The notes below the pieces were generated by a model that saw nothing but the letters and a program-made list of their open reading frames with translations, had not been told where the DNA came from and ran no database searches. DNA of 64,000 nucleotides from Octopus bimaculoides (taxonomy: Eukaryota): contig NC_068983.1 of assembly GCF_001194135.2 (NCBI RefSeq), forward strand, positions 36,821,091 through 36,885,090, in the 5' to 3' direction. The position numbers and the translations under genes are program-made. Below, piece after piece: positions 50,476-62,447 of the stretch (the first letter of the stretch is position 1; every line of letters begins with the position of its first letter).

Positions 50476-52017
50476 TTCAGTCATGCAGCTGCCATCATGC
50501 TGCACCACCACCGTGAATTTGTACCCTTTCCACAGCACTCTTCCTATGTACGTGCGCACGCGTATGTGCGTGTGTGTGTGTGTGTGTGTGTATGATGTTT
50601 ATATTCGTGTATACACTCACACACAAATAAATGTATGACTATATTAAAATATAAAAGTAAATATGTATACTTAATATTTATATACAACAGACGCACATAT
50701 GTATGTATGTATGTATGTGTATGTATGTATGTATGTATGTATGTATGTATGTGTATGTATGTATATGTAAGTACACACACATACCCACATACACACACAA
50801 TGCACACACATGTGTACGTATGTAATGACTCCGTAAGCAGCTGTACTCCGCTTTACGAAGTCATCACACTCTAGTAGTTTAATAATCAGTGTCTATGGGG
50901 AGTGTAATACCTATTGTGAGTAAGCAGTCAGAAACGTGGTGAGCGTTAGACATATGACTGATCGTCGACAAACCTCATTACAGTGAAGATGTAGCCGTAA
51001 TACGCGAGGAGTGTTAGCTCTCTAAACGTTAATGACGAAATAAGTACCTTGATAGTTCATCAACTTTGATACACGTCTCGTATTTCCAAAACGGTGTGAT
51101 TCGCAGCTGGCTTGATATGATGTCAGCCAACAAACCGAAGTGGGTAGACGAGTTGTTTGTCCTGGCCGCGACATTTGACTTTACGGTGTCTCTTTTCACT
51201 CTTGACTACCGAGCTGTGAATTAGTATCGCGTAGATGGGCAATTTTCGTTTGTAAGTAGCGGGTGTGTTGTGCAGTTTAACGAGCGTTTCATGTTTATAT
51301 GATGCTGAGCTCAAACTACTGCTTCCGGTTAATTGTATATAACAAAGTATCCATCGGTGTGCAGATGTTGAGTTCATCGGGTATCGAGTGATCAGCAGTT
51401 CGAAACTTGGCACTGTCATATCGTGGTATATATTTCCCAGACGATTTTTCTCAACGGTTGAGTTCACCTACCTTTAAGTTATTGTTGTTTAGCCTCAGGT
51501 TAATCTCGATCCAGCAAACCTTTTATCAAATGTGTTTCAGCTATGATCATCGTTTCATTAATCAGACATTGTTAATCCAACGTGTCCTTCATATTTATGA
51601 TGTGATCTGCAGTAGGTTTTACTGCTAATTCTAACACACCGTAAGACTGCGTTCTGTAAAGGTGGGAAACCTCTTTTTAGTACCAAGAGTGAACTACAAA
51701 TTCCTAAAAGCATGTAGAAGGTGTCTCTGATCTGAGAAAAATAATGAATCGTTAATTTAAAAAAGATTCACCGGTCGGTGACGTCTCTTGATCTTTTCGT
51801 CTTTTACTTGTTTCAGTCATTAGAGTGCGGCCATGCTGGGGCATCGTCTTCGAGGATTTAGAGGAATAGATCGAAAACAGTACTTACTTTTTAAACCTGG
51901 TATTTATTCACTCGGCTTCTTTAGACGAACTGCTAAGTTACAGAGACGTAAACAAACCAGCACAGTTGTCGAGCGATGGTGGGGGACAGACATACTCACA
52001 TTAATATATACATATAT

Positions 52018-52063
<46 letters not shown>

Positions 52064-52328
52064 NNNNNNNNNNNNNNNNNNNNNNNNNNNNNNNNNNNNN
52101 NNNNNNNNNNNNNNNNNNNNNNNNNNNNNNNNNNNNNNNNNNNNNNNNNNNNNNNNNNNNNNNNNNNNNNNNNNNNNNNNNNNNNNNNNNNNNNNNNNNN
52201 NNNNNNNNNNNNNNNNNNNNNNNNNNNNNNNNNNNNNNNNNNNNNNNNNNNNNNNNNNNNNNNNNNNNNNNNNNNNNNNNNNNNNNNNNNNNNNNNNNNN
52301 NNNNNNNNNNNNNNNNNNNNNNNNNNNN

Positions 52329-52395
<67 letters not shown>

Positions 52396-52504
52396 ATGCG
52401 CTCGCGCGTACATGCGTGCAGATCTGTAGTGAGACTAAATAATCATCTGAGACGGCATAGACAGAATGTCAGAAATGCTACTGACGACGAAAATTGGCTC
52501 AGGA

Positions 52505-53790
52505 CTTGGCTGGTACTTTATTTATCAACCCTGGAATCACAAAACGCAAATTTGACCTCAGCTGGATTTGAGCTTAGAACGACAAATGTCAGAACAAATA
52601 CTTCAAGATATTTTATCCAATGCACAAACGATTCTACCAGACACAAGGTCAAACATTTTATGAGAAGTTATGGTCGATTAAACTGATCTCAGTGCTTAGT
52701 TACAAGGCTTCAGAAAGGAACCCTATCAGGGAGTACACTTCAGAAAAGAATCATATCAGGGGGTACAAAGTATCTCTCGGGCCCAAATTCCTATTGTGGA
52801 CTTTAATCTTTTATATATGCAAATAATTTCTGAAACCTAAGAATGCTTTCGGACCCGGATATGACACACCTTTTGCACCTCCTCTGATAAGCCTTGATTG
52901 GTTGGTATTTATTTTAGTGACTTCGAGGTATGAATGAAAGGTCAGGCAGGATTTGATCTCAGTCGGCCCTGATGGGATTTGAACTTAGAAAGTAAAAAAA
53001 AAGAAGAAACCCTAAGTAGATATCGATGTCAAGTTTTGGCACAAGGTCAGCAAGTTTGGGGTTGGGGATAAATCAATTACATCGACCCCAGTACTTAACT
53101 GGTATTTATTTTGTCGGTCCCGGAAAGAAGAAAGACAAAGTTGACTTCGGCAGAATTTGAATTCAGAACATAAAGACGAACGAAATGCCGCTAAGCATTT
53201 TACCAGAGGCGGTAACGATCCTGACAGCTCGCCACCTTAACTTAAATAAATATCACAAGATATTTTATCCGTTGCTCTACTGATTCCACAATTCAACCAC
53301 CATTTTATCTCATGATCCGGTGTAGGGCCTCTATCGGTCTAATTTGAGGATGCATTTGTTCATGTATGTATAGGTCTAGGTAAGTTGCTTTGAGGCAGTT
53401 GTCCACGCACGCCAGCGACATTTATCCAAGGGAAAGGCCGCCATCTTGGGTGTTTACAGAGTAGAACCACTGTCATAGCAGGGGTTGCTTTAAACACAAA
53501 GGAGCGAATCAGCTACCGCAAGGCATCTCATTACTTGAAGACAAATCAGCACAACGTTTGGATTTGTTCCCTTAAAACAGGAGACACTACTTTTTAAATT
53601 TAATTTTCTGTGAAGTTTTTGTCGCTTCCTCTCCTTCATCTCTTCTGTTTCCGCCTCTTCTGTTTCCGTCCCACTAAAATTCTGCCAAGCTACCGCCTGG
53701 ATTGGTCCTTTTTTATTGATCACAAAAGGAAGAAAGACAAAGTTGATCCGAGCGGAATTTGAACTCAGTTCGCAGAGTATCAAAACAAAT
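52505..53790 (-). mobile_element. Three minus-strand family A SINE remnants (about 52505-52680, 53035-53240, 53690-53790)
   Basis: gaatttgaa(c/t)tcagaa (reverse-complement B box) and body motifs in each. Confidence 0.75.
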
Positions 53791-54594
53791 ACCGCGAGGT
53801 AATATCTCCAACGACACTGCCAAGTTGCCGTCTCGTGACATGATAGACATCTCCCGGACTAATTTTATAAACAAAATCAACTGGTTAATCTTTAGTGATC
53901 ACAAACATCCATGAACGGGTAATGAACCCTATCAACTTCCACGTATGTGGAATCAAATTACAACGTTCTTGACTTTGTAAAGGACATTAGCGGAATCTGA
54001 GATGTATGGAAGTATCTACAACTGAGAATTGAACACAAGTTGTTTACCACCACCAGTAATCTTAACACCACGGCTACTGCGGTGCTTCTTATACAAGTAC
54101 TATTTCTAATGTTTGTGTAATAGGAGTGAAAGCCACGTCAAGGTCATTAACCTGTGGGTAAGAGGGTCGTTTCGCTGGCATTAGCGGGATGGAGAAGATG
54201 CGTGAGGCTGGTGCGGGCTAAAGTACTTATTGAAAGTTGAAAGGTCAATGTATTGCTGGAGGACTACATGCGGAAGCGGGTTGGCAGCTTGAAATGAATG
54301 GTTGACTTTCAAATCAGAGAAATGTTGAGTAATGTTTGTTATTAGTGTTTTGTGTGGGGTGCGTACCTAGAGATTAGATAATAATATTTATAATCAGAAA
54401 TAGGAAAACAAGTGAAATAAGCCGGTTCAAGTGGAAGTAGATGCGAGCATTAAATTCTAAGTAGACGTCATTACCATTTAACTCCAGATCAACTCTTATC
54501 AAGCAGACCGATGATCAAAAAGCATTCCAGATATGACACTCCCGTCATTTTTGTTATTTTGCTTTTGTTTTCATATTTGATATCTCTAGAATGT

Positions 54595-54900
54595 GAAGGC
54601 GTATGACTTAGTAGTATTCCACTCACAATCGCAAGGTCATGAGTTCGATTCTCGGCGGCGCCTGGTGTCCTTGAGCAAGATATTTTATTTCACATTGCCC
54701 CAGTCCACTCAGCTCTCAAAAATGAAAGTACTTGTATTTCAGAGGGTCTGCTTTGTCACATAACGTGTCATACTGAATCTCCCTGAGAACTATGTAAGAG
54801 GTACGCGTGTTTGGAGTTTTCAGCCACTTGCTCGTTAATTTCACGAGCATGCTGTTCCATTGATCGGATCAATACTCGTCGTCGTAACCGACGGAGTGCC
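54595..54900 (+). mobile_element. SINE family C1
   Basis: tRNA-like head, gtgtccttgagcaaga...ccagtccactcagct central block, tail ...gtcgtaaccgacggagtgcc. Homologues at 58215-58525 (+) and 60045-60360 (-). Confidence 0.82.
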
Positions 54901-55072
54901 AATTGTTTGTTGTATATGTAGAATCACATTATCTTGTGTGTCCTTTATTTTTAGGAGGTGAGTTGTAATTTTAGGGATACGCGACTACTATTTCTATCAG
55001 ATCAAGCGATAACACAGAAACTCCGTTTGGTTTCATTCTAGTAAACACTAATTAATACAGAGTAAAACAATG

Positions 55073-55113
55073 CTTCGTTGATGTGGTCTATTAAGGCCGA
55101 AACATGTCCTAAG
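55073..55113 (+). ncRNA. Decayed minimal hammerhead-like motif
   Basis: cuucg-UUGAUGU-GGUC-uauuaa-GGCC-GAAAC-AU-GUC-cuaag: two substitutions in CUGAUGA, 4-bp stem II, palindromic ACAUGU stem III, and 4 of 5 pairs in stem I. Confidence 0.5.
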
Positions 55114-55184
55114 TTGTAACAGTAATTACCAAAAATCAGACTCACTCTCTACTGCATGACCACCATTTAAAATTAATTTCTAAG

Positions 55185-55640
55185 GTGACGAGCAAGCAGA
55201 ATCGTTAGCACACCGTGCAACATGCCGAGTCGGATTTTGTCTGTATTTACGTCCCGAGTTAAACTTCGGCAGGGGTCAGCTTTGTGTGTTATTCTTTTGG
55301 ATCGATTAAATAAGTAACAGTTGATCACTGGGGTCGATGTAATCGACATAGCCCTTTCCCCTGAAATTGCTGGTCTTGTGACAGAATGTGAAACCAATAT
55401 TAATTTCAGTTTTTAAGGCGGCAAACTGCCAGAATCGTTAGTGTGCCGGACAAAATGCAAAATGCTTAACGGCATTTCGTCCGTCTTTACGTTCTGAGTT
55501 CAATTCCCGACGGGGTTGACTACATGTTTTATCTTTATCAGGGTGGATAAAAGAAGTACCAGTTGAACTCTGCAATTGGTGTAATCGACTTATCTCATCC
55601 CCTGACATTGCTGGCCTTGTGCTAAAATTTGAAATCAACA
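55185..55640 (+). mobile_element. Two tandem family A SINEs
   Basis: Heads at 55185 and about 55415, B-box remnants and bodies; both are followed by aatattaatttcagttt / aacattaatttcagttt. Confidence 0.8.
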
Positions 55641-56541
55641 TTAATTTCAGTTTCAAAGGGGAAAAAAGGATGAGAAAAAGAAAGAGTGACAGAAAAGACG
55701 GAAAGAGACAAAAGAAAATAGGGAAGGTGGGCCTTCTCATAGTCCATCTTGACGTATGAATGGTAGATTTTATTGGATAATAACAGAGCGTGTACGAGTT
55801 AATAAACCCTGGTTTAGATTCTCAAGAAGACTTTACTTGCCGCAATGTACGCAAGCATACACAGAACACTCGTTAGTCATATAGTACACCCACTACTTGA
55901 AGTTGCGAGGTCGTGGTAAGTTATACTGGGTCTCTGCTGTTAAGTGTCTTTGTTATGGACAGTGCACCACACCAGAGATACATTAAGGTCTATTGATCTT
56001 CGGTTGGTAGTTTGACACTCGAGCAACTCAGCCGACTGTATCTCTCATTAGGCTTTCGATAAGGTAAAAATTATCGATTCGGTTAATTGCTCTCTTTTTT
56101 TGCTGTAGTCAAGGAGAGAGAGAGAGGGCTGTTACACTTTATAGAGAGCCAACAGCTGTTCAGAGCTAAAATGTACTTCTTCCTATGTAATTCTATCATA
56201 CGCGTCACCTAGATGTAGCTGTTTGTATACAGATATGTTGCTGCTAAAGTTGTTGTCGTTTTGCCCCCTGTAAGCTTCGATTGAGCAGATGTAGTACGGT
56301 CATCAAAAGCGTTCCAACCATGACTACCCAGTTTTTTAAAAGTACATGTAAAATTATATCATTCATATGCCATTTCCTTTCGAATAAGATATGATTTGAG
56401 AGATATTTAGCTGTTGTTCCTAATAGAATGAACGACTATGTAGAGGCTGCCCTTGTTTTCACCTAAATTTTTCTAGAGAAAGACTTATATCGTGTGCTGG
56501 GAACGACTTATCCTACATTCAATGCTGTCAAGCTATAACTA

Positions 56542-57134
56542 AGTTCTAATGCATATAGAACTTTCGGTAATTTTTTAGAGTAGCACCCACACGGTTTTTA
56601 CTAAGAAAAAAAAAACTCGGATTTTCTGCGTGGAATCAAGTACCCTGACCTCCTAATATGCTGCAAATCCCTTAAGTCTTGGAAATTTCACCCACCCCAC
56701 CCCCATTGATCTTTGCAGGGTTAGGGTTTTAGGGTTAGGGTTAGGGAATTTGTTTTGCTTAGTGAAAATCATGCTGGCGAAAAGATCAATGGGAGTGGGG
56801 GTGGGTGAAATTTCCGAGGTTTCCACCTCACCCCACTCCGTTTTTCGAACCCCAAAAAGGGTTTTGTAGCATATTAGGATGTCACAAGAATTCATTCAAC
56901 GAAAAACAAAAACAAAAATTCCGATCATTCTGGGACGGGGGGAGGGTCTCCCCACCACCTTTGTCCCCACTTTTTCCGAACCAAAATAAGGGATTTGCAG
57001 CATATTAGGTCAAGGTATTTGATTCCACGCAAAAAATTCAAGTTTTCTTTTTTTGTTTTTTTTTTTTCTTAGTGAAAATCGTGCGGGCGTTACTCTGAAA
57101 AATTACCGAACTTTCAGGTGTACATCTTGGAACT
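56542..57134. mobile_element. Foldback-type element with long TIRs, nested inverted repeat and TTAGGG tract
   Basis: Outer TIRs of about 120 bp (ttcggtaatttt..agagta...gcgtggaatcaa.tacc.tgacc..taatatgctgcaaatccctta and its complement); inner IR at 56681-56714 / 56781-56815; agggttagggttttagggttagggttaggg at 56717-56746. Confidence 0.75.
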
Positions 57135-58214
57135 ATTGTATTTTTAAAGAGAAAACCAGGGCCCTTTGATTAATTTTGACCACGTCTTGAATATGAAGGT
57201 CCCATATTTACTGGACGTTGTGAACCTTAAGATTGTTTGTGAGTGGAATAATTTTAATTGGTGAATATTTGATAAAATGCAAGAGGTGAAAAGTTGTTTT
57301 GTTTCTTAATACTAAGCAATGTTCGTGTTTTTTATCTAAGAACTTCATTGAATATAAAGTTCTAATTCGTTGCTTAGAGGTTATGGGCCTGCTAATCGAA
57401 GCATGGGCGGTTTGGATCATGTATAGATTAATAAGTGAAATATATCATCAAAGAAGAGGAAAATGCTACACAAGCCATGACAAATAGAAACAAAGTAGAA
57501 GAGAAAACGAGAAAGAAAAAATTATGTTTAGAACAAGAAAGAGGTGATAAGTAAAGCAAGTCATTGTTAATGTCGACTATACCTCTGATGTCGAATACTT
57601 CCAGATGATTATTGTTCCTTGATTTATGCTATGGAAAACTCCACGTTTATGAACTGTAAAGGGGTAACAATCTAACAAATAAAATGGAGCCCTGTATCTG
57701 CGATGAAGGAAATGTAAATCCTGATTCACTATCAACTCATCCCGACTCAAATACAATGAATATAAAGTTTCGAAACAGCTTTATTTCACAAGCAAACGGC
57801 TATTAACAGAGCTGTAGCAGAAAAGTTTAAAAGTTTTGTTCAATTCTAATTTCTCTGGTTGATTATGAACTCAAGAATAGATTTCTGAATAGAAAACTCC
57901 GAAATAATCACCGAGAAAACTGACTCAATATGGTGGATTTATTTACAAAAGATTTATAAAATATCCAAAATAAATTGTATGTATTCACAACTGGATTTAG
58001 AAATTTACAAAATTTGAAATCATATGTTTCCGAATAAAGACAAAAGCAAGGTTTGCATTGAAAGCAAACTACAGCTTCATTGAATCAATGGAAAAAAAAA
58101 AGGAGGCATCTCATACCACTTAAACCTTAACCTCGACACGGGTCCTCTGAATGGATCTTCAAATGCGACCACTCACGTCCACTGCTATATGACACGTGAT
58201 TGTGAACAAAGACG

Positions 58215-58525
58215 CACGGCTTATTGGTTAAGGTATTCGTATCACGATCATAGAGTCGTGAATTCGATTTCTAGCGGCTTCTTGCGTCCTTGAGCAAGAC
58301 ACTTTATTTCACGTTGCTCCACTCAGCTGGCAAAAATTAGTTATACTCGTTATTCGAAGGGCCAGCCTTGTCACATTCTTTGTCACACTGAATCTCCCTG
58401 AGAACTGCGTTAAGGATACGTGCATCTGTGGAGTGTGCAGCCACTTGCATGTTAATCTCACGAGTGTGCTGTTCCGTTGATCGGATCAACTGAAACGCTC
58501 ATCGTCATAACCGACGGAGTTCCAG
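58215..58525 (+). mobile_element. SINE family C1
   Basis: Same head, central block and gacggagt tail as 54595-54900. Confidence 0.82.
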
Positions 58526-59548
58526 TTGGTTAACTCATCATTCTTAACGAACAAAACATAAACTATTTCAATACTAACTAATAGTTCTGAGAGAATATTT
58601 TATTTCTGGTGTGTGTGCTTTAATTTAATAATGATTAATTTAATATAACTTCATAAAATTTTTTTTTAATATTGATCCTAAGCTAAGGGTGCAAAATGTC
58701 ATGATGCTTTCAACTCTGCACTTTCAAGACAAAGATGTGTAAATAGTTGACAATGAGTAAAACCGAATATCTCGAGATTTTTTTTTTTTAAAGAAACTAA
58801 GAAAATATAAAAAACTGAAATGGAAATTATCCCGAACTTACCCCAAAATGTGAACGTTTGAGCAACTACTTTAAGTTCATAGCAGCAAAATTGAGTATCC
58901 TTCATTCTTTATTAAACGTTTCGATTTTATCATTTAACTAACAGACTGCAAATATTGATCATTAGTTACATATAAACAAATATATGTTGCTTTAATTATT
59001 ATTTATTTACTCGCTTGAAAAAATATATTCTTTGCATGTTTCTTTTTTCCTTGTGTAAGGTGACTGAATTAAGCCCATATTTTGGTAAAACGGTTTGACA
59101 GGAAACGCTATCTTTAATTCAAACAGAAATATCTAAGTTAAAGAAATTATTGGTCTGGCGGTACATTTTTCTCCAAAAACTAATAGAAAGACATCATACG
59201 AAAGAATGATGACCCATGCAAAACACTTTTGAGTTGAATTAACAATGTAGCTAAAGTGCTAAGATTATTATTTCACAATCGTTGAATGCTATAATGAATG
59301 CTTTAAGGTATGGATGCTGCTATGAATGCAAATTTGAAGGCTCCCGTGATGTTATTATTGTTTTAGAATGAGTGCTAATATAAATGAGGGTTTTTTTATT
59401 TTTTTATAGGTGATTGAGATATAACGGATGTTGCTATAAATGCTCCTACGAATGCTAATATAAATGCTGTATTATGAATGCTATTCATAGTATAGCATTT
59501 ATATTATGAATGCTGTTCATAAGATAGCGTTAATATCATGAACGCTAT

Positions 59549-60000
59549 TAAGGCGGCGAGCGGGCAGAACCGATACGTTAGCGCGCCGGACAAAACACAT
59601 AACGGCACATTCTAAGTTTAAATGCTGCCGAGGTCGACATTGCCTTTCATCCTTTCGGGGTCGATAAATTAAGTATCAGTTGAGCACTGGGATTGATGTA
59701 ATCGACTTACCTGTTCTCCCGAACTTTCTGGCCTTGTGCCGATGCTTGAAATTAATATATTATGAATGCTATTGAGGATGCCCTTACGAAGACGCATGGC
59801 CTAGTGGTTAGAGTGTTGCACTCACGAGATCGCGAGATCGTGGTTTCAATACTCTTGAGCAAAATGCTTCATCTCACGTTGTCCCGCGATCACTTCGGTA
59901 CCTGACGCGTGGAACACCGTACACCTGTTCAGGCAACGTCGATTTGATGGAGAAATGAACAGCGCACACCATTTGATCACTATAAACGACAGGAGAGTCC
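59549..60000 (+). mobile_element. Family A SINE (59549-59752) followed by a family C-like head with a different body (59790-60000)
   Basis: Family A motifs; then gacgcatggcctagtggttagagtgttgcactcacg head followed by a body unrelated to C1. Confidence 0.72.
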
Positions 60001-60044
60001 TTCATTATTACGAATAGAAATTATCATTTTTAAAAAAAAGGAGC

Positions 60045-60360
60045 TCTCCGTCAGTTACGACGACGGGGGTCCCAGTTGATACGATCAACGGAACAGATTG
60101 TTCGTGAAATTATCGTGCAAGTAGCTAAGCACTTCACAGACACGCGTACCCTTAACATAGTTCTCAGGGAGATTCAGCGTGACAGAGTGTGACAAGGCTG
60201 GCCCTTTGAAATACAGGTACTACTCATTTTTGACAGCTGAGTGGACCGGAGCAACGCGAAATAAAGTGTCTTGCTCAAGGACATAACTCATCGCTGGGAA
60301 TTGAACTCACGACCTTACAATCGTGAGCCGAATGCCCTAACCACTAAGCCACACGCCTTC
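60045..60360 (-). mobile_element. SINE family C1
   Basis: Reverse complement of the C1 head, central block and tail. Confidence 0.82.
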
Positions 60361-60580
60361 ACAGAAATTATTATATATACTACACAAACAACTTTTNNNN
60401 NNNNNNTCACAGAAATTATTATATATACTACACAAACAACTTTTATTAAACCAAAAGAAATTTTTTAAATGCGATAAAATTTCCAAGGCACCTGCATCAA
60501 ATAAAATAAATTCTTGTAATAAGGGAATATCTGCAACGGACTGAAGGTCTTTGAGGTAATTCAGTAAAACAACTCTAATC

Positions 60581-60815
60581 TATCCACCCATCCATAATCT
60601 TCACCCATTGTTCCTAGGAGGGGCTGGCAGTGGAGCCCTTAGGCATCTTCTCCATAGATCTTATCAGAAACAACCGTCACGAGACTTTCCGGCTGGGTTT
60701 TCAAGCGAACCGAGATAATGGTTATTATCCAGCCAGCTCGTTCTTGCTCTAACCATACGTCTCCGGCTCGACCCGGAAAGACTCTCTGATCTCCGATCTA
60801 CGCACCTTGTCGAGT
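60581..60815 (-). mobile_element. 5'-truncated RTE-clade LINE 3' end with 13-bp TSD
   Basis: Minus strand LDKVRRSEIRESFRVEP...QPESLVTV...DLWRRCLR, tail ggatgggtggata; direct repeat aacaactctaatc at 60568-60580 and 60816-60828. Confidence 0.7.
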
Positions 60816-60901
60816 AACAACTCTAATCGAAAATCCACCAAAACCAAAATGTATTTTGATAAAACTTTGTGCACATGTTCACGATAAACTTTCTTATAAT
60901 A

Positions 60902-61570
60902 TTATTCAATGACTCCGCCTTCATTTTCGACAACTGCTTCAATACAGGACCGGAATCGTCGATATGCCTGGACATCACCTGGACAAAGGTGACCTTCAGT
61001 GAAGATGTCGATTAGCAACGTTCCAAATACAGTTGTTCATGGGATTTAAATCTAGCGACTTTGGAAGCCACGAATTTTGGTGAGACAGTCTTTTGTTGTT
61101 GGCACTCCGTCGCTTACGACGTCGAGGGTTCCAGTTGATCCGATCAACGGAACAGCCTGCTCGTGAAATTAACGTGCAAGTGGCTGAGCACTCCACAGAC
61201 ACGTGTACCTTTAACGTAGTTCTCGGGGATATTCAGCGTGACACAGTGTGACAAGGCTGATCCATCGAATTACAGGTACAATAGAAACAGGAAGTAAGAG
61301 TGAGAGAAAGTTGTGGTGAAAGAGTACAACAGGGTTCGCCACCATCTCCTACCGGAGCCTCGTGGAGCTTTAGGTGTTTTCGCTCAATAAACACTCACAA
61401 CGCCCAGTCTGGAAATCGAAACCGCGATCCTATGACCGCGAGTCCGCTGCCCTAACCACTGGGCCATTGCGCCTCGACTGGTGAGACAATCTACTCAGCT
61501 GAAAATGACTAGCAGTTTCGTAACGGTGCAGTTCTTTCTCTCTTCCGCCGGCTGTCACATGCTCAATGTT
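60902..61570 (-). pseudogene. Second decayed mariner/maT-like transposase C-terminus, split by a SINE
   Basis: SHQNSWLPKSLDLNPMNNCIW...AYRRFRSCIEAVVENEGGVIE* on the minus strand; upstream fragment IEHVTAG resumes beyond 61491. Confidence 0.75.
61091..61478 (-). mobile_element. Full-length SINE family C2 with 13-bp TSD
   Basis: Head gaggcgcaatggcccagtggttagggcagcggactcgcggtcataggatcgcggtttcgatttcc (A/B boxes), distinct middle, same 3' tail as C1; TSD tggtgagaca(g/a)tc at 61078-61090 and 61479-61491. Confidence 0.9.
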
Positions 61571-62447
61571 CTACTGAGTTAAGTGCGGGAGGATCAAGAG
61601 GGTGTCTGTGGCTGCTTGCGACCAGACAGGTACCTAAGACTAGACAGGTACAATGAACGAAAGCATGGTACACGCTACCAGATCATACATGTGTGCGTAC
61701 CTAGGAAAGAGAGAGGAAGATAGAGAGAATGAGGAAGGAGAGAGAGAGAGAGAATGAGTGAGTGAGTGAGTGAGTGTGTGTATATGCGTGTGTGTGCGTA
61801 TGTGTGTGTGAATGTGTGTTAGAGCGGGAATGTGAGTGTGTAAGCGTGAGCGACTGCATATGCACACGAATATTTATGCATGAAAATGAGTGTGTGCGTG
61901 TATCTGTACGTGTGTATTCTTTTATTTGCCGGTGCGGGTCTGTGCATTTGTGTATGTGTTTTCGTACTATCTACGTGTGCGTGCGTATATTAAACTGCAC
62001 CACTCAGTTCTTTTACATGTATGCAAATGACTGCGTCAATATGCTTCTCTTTTCTTTTCTATCCAATCATCTCTTCTTTTTTCTCTCACTTCCTCATTCA
62101 CTTTCAGTCTCCATCATAATTTTCCACTCATCCTCTGCGCACTCTCTTCCTCCTCTCTCTCTCTCTCTCTCTCTCTCTGTCACTCTCACATTCACTCACT
62201 CACTAACCATCTCTTCCCTTTCGTTCTCTCTTTTGTTACCTTTTACTCAACGAAATTTTCTTTCCGACATTCTCGGACACTCTTTCTTGTCTTTAAGCCT
62301 CACTGATACTTTGTGCCGGCCATCGTTCCTCTATGCTTCAAGCTATGCCTTTCAATTTCACAAATCATCCTTTCCTTCTTCACATCGACTCGCAAAAAGG
62401 TACCGTCGTGACAAGCGGTGTATCTTCGATGTTTTAAACCTGGCTGA

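Noticed and set aside
52703-52896. Possible hAT MITE with caaggctt ends
   Set aside because: The inverted match is short and there is no TSD.
57820-58130. Stop-interrupted frame with DLFTKDL (copia RNase H-like)
   Set aside because: A single short word with no other retroelement motifs.
60360-60445. 38-bp direct repeat around a 10-N gap
   Set aside because: Typical unmerged contig overlap, so an assembly artifact.
61400-61478. tRNA-like sequence
   Set aside because: It is the head of a SINE with body, tail and TSD; no complete cloverleaf.
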